A stretch of DNA of 63,731 bases, filler included, from Streblomastix strix (Eukaryota), in assembly GCA_008636045.1 (NCBI GenBank). It is 3 parts of 3 records of this genome, joined end to end, with 100 filler letters (N's around TTAATTAATTAA, not from the genome) between each part and the next. Parts side by side here need not be neighbours in the genome. Positions count along the whole stretch, not along the records: positions 42,558 to 63,731 come from SNRW01000393.1; 2 more parts are not named here. One strand, written 5' to 3'. Shown here one piece after another: positions 55,401 through 63,731 of the stretch. The position numbers and the translations under genes were made by a program. Numbering within the stretch: position 1 is the first letter of the stretch; the number at the start of each line of letters is the position of its first letter. The notes beneath the pieces are model-generated. The model was not told where the DNA came from. It did not search any database and was given only the letters and a program-made list of their open reading frames with translations.

Positions 55401-58400
55401 ACATAAACTGAATAAAATAGCTCCCCATCTTCTAGATCCTTCCATCACAACTTTCACTTCTCCTCCCCAATCATTTGTATCTGACCACATCTTCATCTCC
55501 TCCATTCCAGGAGGAATCCAACTAATGACCCTTGAAAGTGTGGCTACCAATGTTTGATCCATGTCATCAACTTATGAATCTATTGTCTGTGTAACTGTGT
55601 GTGAGAAAGTCTGAACCATTGTTCTCATTGTTGGAGCTGACAGTATATACCTTGTTGATGGCTGATTGTGGTTAGGGTAGACTGGATACACACGTTCAAA
55701 CTCAACAATACGACCATTCCCATTCTCCCATTAAATAATCTTCATTCCAAATAATTGTTATTGGCCAGTTTCCTCAACAGACTTTTTCACATTCTTTAAT
55801 AATTCCTTCTGATTCAACAATAATTCCTTTCTGAGTTTATCTTCACCTCCTTCTTCTTCCTGTCTTCGAGTTCCATCTTCATCTTCATCTTCAAATATAT
55901 CCATATCTTCATTCTTCAGTTCTTCTACATTGTTCCATCCTACTTATTTCTCTTACTCTAATTTCAATAGAACATTTGCTGACTTTATTTATCCTGTATA
56001 TCTCTTCACTCCTTCAAGACCTTACTTTTAATATACAAATAATCTCTATCTTTGGATTTGTCCTAGAGTTAATGTTCTTATTATTTCAACATGACGTTAG
56101 TTATGCTTTTTTATCCTTTCTTTCAATCTTATTTAAACAGCTTCAGATCCATGAACTTCATCCTTTTCTGGGATTGGTTGAGTTTGTTATACAATTTAAT
56201 CATTGCTTTCATTTTAATTTTTAGTGCTGCTTTCGTTCTTATGAAATTTTCTTTAATTTAATTCCTTAATATGTGATTTCTTAATTAATGAATTTTATTC
56301 ATGTCTCATTATATCCTAACCTTAAATTCTTATTGGGTCAATTTAATCATTCCAACTTTAATATCCAACATTCTTTAAACCAACGTTCTTACCTGCAGTA
56401 GTAATACTGTATACATAAGGTGAGATGTGAAGATACTTTGCTGGGAAAGAGTGCAAAGTTCTGAATATCTTTGAATTAGCTACAAATACAAGAAAACGTA
56501 ATATATTTCCTATATTTTATTGCTCATGGAAACGATTGGCGATCTTCCAATATCGAGGAGGGAGTATATTTTTGTAGAACACAGCAAGAGCCTCTGAAAA
56601 CTCAGATTGCCAAACGAATCTGACCAAAGCTTTCTTCGGCAATTCTTTATCTTCTCCCAAAGATTTTGCCAATTCTTTCGCTTTCCTCTTTTCTATCTGA
56701 TGATCAAAACGAAATTCAGATTCAGTTTATCTTTCATCCTAAAATCTGTAACCTTTTCTTCTGTCTTTCATTAATATAGTGGATAATTCATAATCTTCTT
56801 CTAACTTCTTGATTTAATCCATTTTCTTCATATTCTTCTTCTCATGTTTCTAACGAAGATTCTTATCCATTCTTTTCTGAGAAATGATTCTTAATATGTC
56901 TTTGGACAGACTTAGTATTGGATCTCTACCAGCATCTGCAGACACCATATCTCCTCTTGTTCCACTTGTGTAATCAAGAGATGCATTCCATATTAACTTC
57001 ACTATTTATTGATGCTAATTTGAGTTTGAAGGAACAATGGGTAATGTCACGAACAGGCGTGGGGGAGTATGTAGATTATAAGGAAGTGATGATGTCTTGA
57101 ATGGGAGATATATTGGGGGAATGTTCATAACATCTTCAACTCTCACATCTTCATTTTCATTTTGCAACATACGAATGTAAGGTTTATGATTATATTAACC
57201 CATAGGGGATAGAAGAAGGATTGGAAAATTAGGAGATGAAGTTCCAATCAAAAGTTCAAGAGCTTTTTCATGAGGTATATATGTTGGGAATAAGCTCCCA
57301 AGTGTATCTATTACAAATTAGAAAACTGTATTTAATGATCTATGTGCCATTATCTGACGAATGATCAGAAAGTGATAATATGAAGGAAACTAGAAATTTA
57401 AACCACAAGGAAGTGCTGTATATTGTCTGAGTGATTTAGTTGCCCAGTTCATCCAATCATCCAATCTTTCTACAAATGATTCCTGGAAATTCATCTCTTT
57501 TTTCCCTTCTCTTTCTTTAGTCTTGTCCAATATAAAGTAATCCTCATCATTTTCAAACAATGATGCACTGCTTTATTAATTACCTGAATAATTTGCTTGT
57601 CTTGGTTTTTTAATCCTTTATGGATAAAGCAAATCTAAAATTGGTTCAGGAAGCAACTTCTTTTCATCTGATAATTCATCATCCATAACTTTTAATGACC
57701 AAGCAAAGTTAATAAGAGGATATTAACCTGAAAATAACTGAACATAAGTTTTTTGATCCTCTTTTGTTTCGCTCTTTGATTAAGTCAATTATTATTAATT
57801 AACATCTCTAATGTTCTCTATTTATTCAACTTCCTCTATTTTATTTCCTTATTCATTTATTTATAAAGAATCAACTTAATTTAATCTGCTTCTCCTTAAA
57901 GTTGATGACTCCCCTGCTCTTGGACGTGATATTTATGATCCATCATTGGAATCTATTAGATTATTATTATTATCTGACTGAGGAGGTTTAGGAACAAAAT
58001 TCACTGTTTCTTTTGCCTTTCCAGCAGTTTATGCATCACCCATAAAACTATTCAGATTAATTGGGGGTAACATTTCCGATTTTTTTCTTCTGTTCTCTTG
58101 ATTTTGCAGATATTAATCTTTCCAGGTTTTGTCCATCATCATATCCACCTTGTCCATAAGGAGTTCTATTTTCTTTTATATTTATTAAAAGAGGAATTAG
58201 GTCCCAAGAGCAATTAATGGCTGTGATGGAATATTCTTATAATTATCAGTTAAAACTTGAGTTGAAGGCACAAGATCTCTCCATAGAACAATTTATCCTG
58301 ATTTCAATTCCTCTTCTGTTGCTGGATATATTATGTGTGAATCATCCATAATTCCTGATTGTTTCTTTTTCTTCTGTGTTTTCACTTCTTTATTTGCTTC

Positions 58401-61400
58401 TTTCTATCCTTTCTTTAATACAGGCTATCCTTTTGATTTTTCATCTTATTTCTTCCCATCAATTTTAGTGTTCTTGTTCTCCTTCAGTTCTTCACTTTCA
58501 TTGATAATATCTTCCAGAGCCAATCCATCATTTCCATACTTTTCAGCTGCAAGTCTCTCTGCTCTGTGAATCTCAAGTCGTTATAATTCGTTTATTGCAA
58601 TGTTAATTAAAATGGCAGGTCTGGTATATAGAGACAGTCCGTTTCCAAGTGGATCTGTTGGTGTGATAACAATTGCATGTGAAACACGGTCCAGGAATAA
58701 GTATGCTATTGATTACAATAAAGAGCTTAGTAAACCTCTTGGAATTAAATGGAACAGCGATGGAACAGTTGGAGTGCCGAATAAAGAGTATCCATACCTG
58801 CCATGTGTCTTCAATTCAGAAGTTCCATCTGCTCTCATATTCCCAAATACATATTCATTTGATTCTTCTTCATCTTCGCCCTTCTCATATAATTCAATTC
58901 CATCTCTTTGTCTTATCATTTCGCTTTCATTCTCTATGTTTAAGCCAATTTTTTTATTTTTAATGCATTATCTGATAGAAAATGTTAAATATCCAAATAT
59001 TTGTAATGCAGATGGTAGAGTTTGACTAGACATTGATGCTAGCATAATATTCCTTGGTGATGAAGCTGGAAAGAGCTGCATCACATTCTGGCTCTGAAAA
59101 GACATTATTGTTGAGTTTACGTCTTCAACAAGACACGCAAGTGGCGCCATCATTCCAATGTCTTATTCTATCTTAGTGATCTATATCAAGTCCTCTTTGA
59201 TTTTTTCTTCTTTATCTTGATGCGATGCTATTAACTTTATACAGGAGTAAAAGAATTGAAGTGTAATTTGGTGCTGAATCTAAATTAAGAATAATTAGAA
59301 GTCGTTCAAATCATTTTCAACCGTTTCTTTTACTTGAGCGATGTTTTAAAGAAGTTCTCTCCTTCGTGTAAGTAATCCAGGTGTGATACCAGGAGCTAGT
59401 ATTGTGTATGTGAGTTGTTGGTGGAATGTTCGTCCAATTCCAAATGGGCTCCAGTTTATAATCTGAGCATGTTTATACAGATTTGTGTCCTTAATTGATC
59501 GGTGATTCCTGGGTATTAGTGAAATGTTGTCCTTAATAAAAATAATCAGTCTAAATCCTGGTCTCATTTCTATGTCCTATCCAAATATTTATACTGGACG
59601 AACAGCTCCTTGCATCTCAACACTTGCAAAGGTATCCAGTAAATTAAAAATGTTTTCCTACTGTATGAGAGGCAACTCTAATGAAATGTCTGTATATTCA
59701 ACTAACAAAGGATTCCCTGACTGCATTGCATCAAGTCCATTATGAAACAATTAGCTTTAAAGTACTGAAGTCACAATAACAGGCCCTTGAAAGCGCAAAC
59801 TATTCAAAACCCAATGCATTGCTGTTCCCAATGGGTCTATGAATATCAGAGGTGTCCCATTTTGCACCATTCCAGCTGCACTACTACACATCAGTGATTG
59901 TTCATCTGGAGGCAATCCTTCATATAATGATCCTATTAACCTTGAAGGTCCATGCATTACACTGAAGATTGGTCTGAAAAGAGGACGTAAGAAACCCGCA
60001 TATCCAATTGTAGTTTCATCAGAGTGAGATATATTCCCATCTTCTCGAACATCCAAAGCTCCCAATTACATATTTCTACGTAATTTTTCCTTCAATACTT
60101 CTTCCTCTTTAATTTAATCAAGCTTTTGAATTGATCTATTTCTTGCACTATAAGTATCGCGACTCCCTAAATTACTATGGGGTATATTTAATAGATTTCC
60201 TTATTATTATTCTTCAACTGATGAAAATCTAACACCAACTATTCTCAATGTGTCTTACCACTGACGAATTGCAAGTTCCCATTCTTCGACAGGAATAAAT
60301 CCGTTGAATGAAATGAAAGCACCAGCCATCATTGAATCTCCTCTACAAGCCAATATATTATCTTCTACAGCTCTTAGTTCCTCTCTCCACATGAATATTG
60401 TTCGTGAAATGAAGAATTGTGGATAAGCAAGATCATTTGTAATCATTATTGGTTTAACATAATTAATGTCTTCTCCTTCTTCATCATCATCTTCATCTTC
60501 ATCATCTTCATCAATATATTCTTCGTTTGCATATTTCTGGATTTCTTCACTTTATTCATCGACGTACTCACCCTTCAAATTAAGCTTTCTTTTATTTCTT
60601 TTCTCTTTCTGTTCATCTTCCATAAATGTTGGCATATAGGCACTTGTCATTCCATCAACTTGTTTCAACAGCGCTTCAAGACTGTTTCTGGTCTCTTCCA
60701 TTGACTATCGAAGCTGTGTGAGTTTTTGCATTGATTCTCTCAGAGTTTTTTGTGTAACAATAAATTCTTTGAATAATTCTGATACTCGTTTCCGTAGTTC
60801 CCGAACTCCAAGCATTGAACTTACAAATCTGAAAACACTCAATAATGATGTACTTATTCTCTCAATTAAATCCTCTTTAAAATCTGGCATTTCGAGATAT
60901 GGCTGTAAAAGCTCAACTTATTCATCTGATAACATAGTTTGATCGAATTAAACCAAGTCCTTTATGAAATTCTAATTACGAAACATTTTCTTTGTTTCCC
61001 CAAAAGAATCCTTCAGAACATATCTTACTCCTTATCCAGCACCATAATTGAATTGTTGATATTGCAATTATAGATTAAGATTTACATTTGATCCAGATGA
61101 ATGGGTTGGTTAAAGTTAAACTAATTGTTATCTACTTCCAGCATCTCCCAAATAAATGCTTGTTGGAAGCCCTGTATCTCCCAATGGAACAATTTCAACT
61201 GGTTCAATTGGTCTCCTTAACATAATAAGAATCATATCAAACACTCGTCGAATCAATTCATGCGGAGATTTAAATATTCTCAAATTCGACAGATCTTGCG
61301 GTTGTATCTATTTCTATCCACTCAAAGCTATCCTCAGGTTCTCTCTTTAAAATATTTCCTCCCAAAGTGAATCAAGTCTTATTCGAACTTTCTAAGCTTG

Positions 61401-63731
61401 ATTCTCTGCTTCTTTTACTTCAATTTAAACTTCTCTGATCTTCCTTGCTTGGATGAGTAGTTCATCTGTTTTATTCCTCATCTGTGTGATCAATCTTCGA
61501 AGATGCATCTCACCTGTGTCTTCACTGTACAGGATGTTCAATAGTTGGCGCATAAAAGCTCTTTTAGTCACAATGGCAACATGAACTTGCACAAGTTTCT
61601 ATAACAATGCGCGAAGATTATACCACCGTCTCTAAAGTCCCTTCATTCTTTCTTCGTAGATATCAAGTGTTATTTAAACAAAAGATATATAGTGTTCGCT
61701 TTGAAGATATATCATTCGATAAGTAAGCCAATTTTGTGATGGTGCAGTTTAAGCAAAATACTGATAGTTATCTCGAACTATCTCAAAAATAGCAGCAAAT
61801 AATCCCAAATAAAGATCAATGTCGGATTAACGACAAAGCCGTTCAACTTACACTTCAGGACTTACATTTTAAAGATCCAGCTATACTTGCTCTGGGCGAA
61901 TTGTTAGTCTCGCTGATGGCCGTCCAAGTTCTTGAGGGTCTGCATGATGTCTGATTCGCTTTCTGTTTTCATAACCATTATCAGCATCTATTCCTTCTTC
62001 ACTAAACTGTTGTGCATCTTCTAAATTTGCTATATCTTTATAAGACACATCATCGTTATTTTTATCTACTTCTTTATTCAAGCCATGTTTTTAACTGCTT
62101 TTTTTAGATTAATTAGATCCCTTTGGACTCATCCAACCCTTTTCTTCTAATGAATTGCTTTACATTATTTTTAATTCTATAATTTTCTTTCGATCATATT
62201 TCATTTTGAAGATATTTATTGATATCTTCCTTTATGTCGGCAAGTAACTCCTAGATCTTACAACATAATCATATACACCAGCTACAGCAGCCGATGCTGA
62301 TATTGCAGCTTCCACAGCTTTGATCGAATTAAGTCCGCTAAGTCCTTTTGTTTCACCATACTTAATTTCCCTCTCTGAAAGAAGCATACTTTTTATTCCT
62401 TATTATATTCTTCTATCCATTCGTCTATCATAAACACGTATTTCTTGTTTTCCCATCAACATCATCTCTTTATTTTCTTATTCTTCATTCCATTCTTCTT
62501 CATCATCATCACTATAACCTTTTTTTACATTAAAATTTTTCGTTTTTTACCAAATTTTTAAATTTCTCGCTTTTATATCAAATTTCTTCTTTTCATTTGT
62601 TATTAATCCTTTTCTAGGACTGTCATTTGTCTTTATTGATCCCTTCCCATCCTTTTAACTATTTCCAGATGATAGAGGTCTCTTGCTTTGTTATTTTCCA
62701 CCTTTTGTCGCAATAACTTTCTATGTTTATTTTGCATCTTTCTTCTTTATATTTCTATCTTCAGATTATATCTTTTTTTTCTCAGATCCAACTTTATCTC
62801 CTTTTTCTTTCTAATCTTTTCTTCCCCTCTCTTCTTATTTCAATTTAAGCTTATCATTGTTTTCTCTATTTTCTTATTTACTTGAATTTAACTCCCTTTT
62901 TTATTCATCTTTCTTCGTTGGTGATTTTGCCAAGTTATTAAAAATGTCTCTCTTTTTTATTTTCGCGTCTTTTTTTGTATCCAATCCTTCAATTTTCGCT
63001 TTCAATGAATTTTCACCTCCATCTTTATTTCCCAATTCTTTTTATTGCTCTCTTTTCAATACTCTTATAACAACATCATTTAAATTTGGCATTAATGGCC
63101 TCAAACATAAGAAAGGTGCTGGATGGGGTGTTGGTTGCAATATATGTTTACTAATTTATATTCCAGCTTTTGGAATTTTCTATGTTTATTATGCATTAAC
63201 TTTAGATTTGTCTTTTGAGTATGTGGATATATTATCTCTGCTCTTAATATCTTTATCCACTTTTTAGAATTTCTCCTATTTTTTATTTTCTCTAACAAAA
63301 GCTCTTTTTCCTTCAAGTCTCTCTTTAAGCGTTATTTTTCCGTCGTCTTCCTTTTCTTTCTCAAAAGCAAGAATTATGGGATGTTTGTGTGAAAATCCTG
63401 TGATCCTTTATAGATGCTGAGTGCTTGCAATCTTGTTTAGCATAGCATCCAACTAAACATCAAGAACATCTTCTATTTGTTCCCTTCTTTATTATTTATC
63501 TTTTTAAAACTTCTCCAGAAGTGTATATCTGGCTTTCCTCCTGTCATCCTTTCCAATCTCTCTAATATTCATTGATATACCTTCTTCTCTTGAACTCTTC
63601 TTTCCTTCTTTCATCTCCAATTCCATTTTCAATTTTTATAGCCATTGTTCTTCTGATGATCCACTTCCCTGAACTCGAGGAGTCATTTATGACATTCGAT
63701 GAGGAATAGGTGCAGACCTTGGAGTGACTGA
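52485..63731 (-). CDS. Divergent dynein heavy chain, C-terminal portion (stalk/MTBD, AAA5, AAA6, C-terminal domain); 5' end beyond the window
   Basis: HYISFV...NLRALLQKL (stalk entry), QDLSNLRIFKSPHELIRRVFDMILIML (MTBD-like), WREEL...RGDSMMAGAFISFNGF, PLIFIDPLGTAMHWV, GNPLLVE, IFGQDIEMRPGFRLIIF (AAA5), PILLLSPMG, LFSLCFIFSILRLR (AAA6 region), VRGISMHGFAWD (C-terminal domain); TGA at 52485-87. No introns were noticed. Confidence 0.82.

Overview
This is AT-rich eukaryotic genomic DNA with short GT-AG introns and a reassigned genetic code: TAA/TAG = Gln, with TGA as the only stop. The supplied standard-code ORF track therefore fragments every real gene, and all translations here are manual in the TAR=Gln code. 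Code and gene style point to a protist, most plausibly the oxymonad Streblomastix strix (inference). Two 100-nt N gaps with an artificial TTAATTAATTAA linker (21181-21280, 42458-42557) split the window into three contigs. Contig 1 starts with the 3' part of a formin, followed by ~19 kb of decayed viral/transposon sequence: an SF3 (D5-like) helicase relic, a Merlin/IS1595 transposase relic, and an endogenous Polinton/Maverick-like element. That element carries a tail-fibre-like gene, an A32-like packaging ATPase, several orphan ORFs, a protein-primed PolB with OTU-like, Zn-finger and HNH accessory domains, and two retroviral-type integrases that both have Asp at the canonical Glu position. Contig 2 holds a multi-exon coiled-coil gene, a 6.7-kb non-coding desert with a perfect GC-rich hairpin, and a >3,400-aa secreted beta-helix-repeat surface protein. 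Contig 3 holds PARG, a cathepsin-B-like protein lacking its catalytic Cys, a TmcB-like multi-pass membrane protein ending in a hemerythrin-like domain missing two His ligands, and the C-terminal part of a very divergent dynein heavy chain. No database searches were possible, and boundaries of relic genes are approximate.
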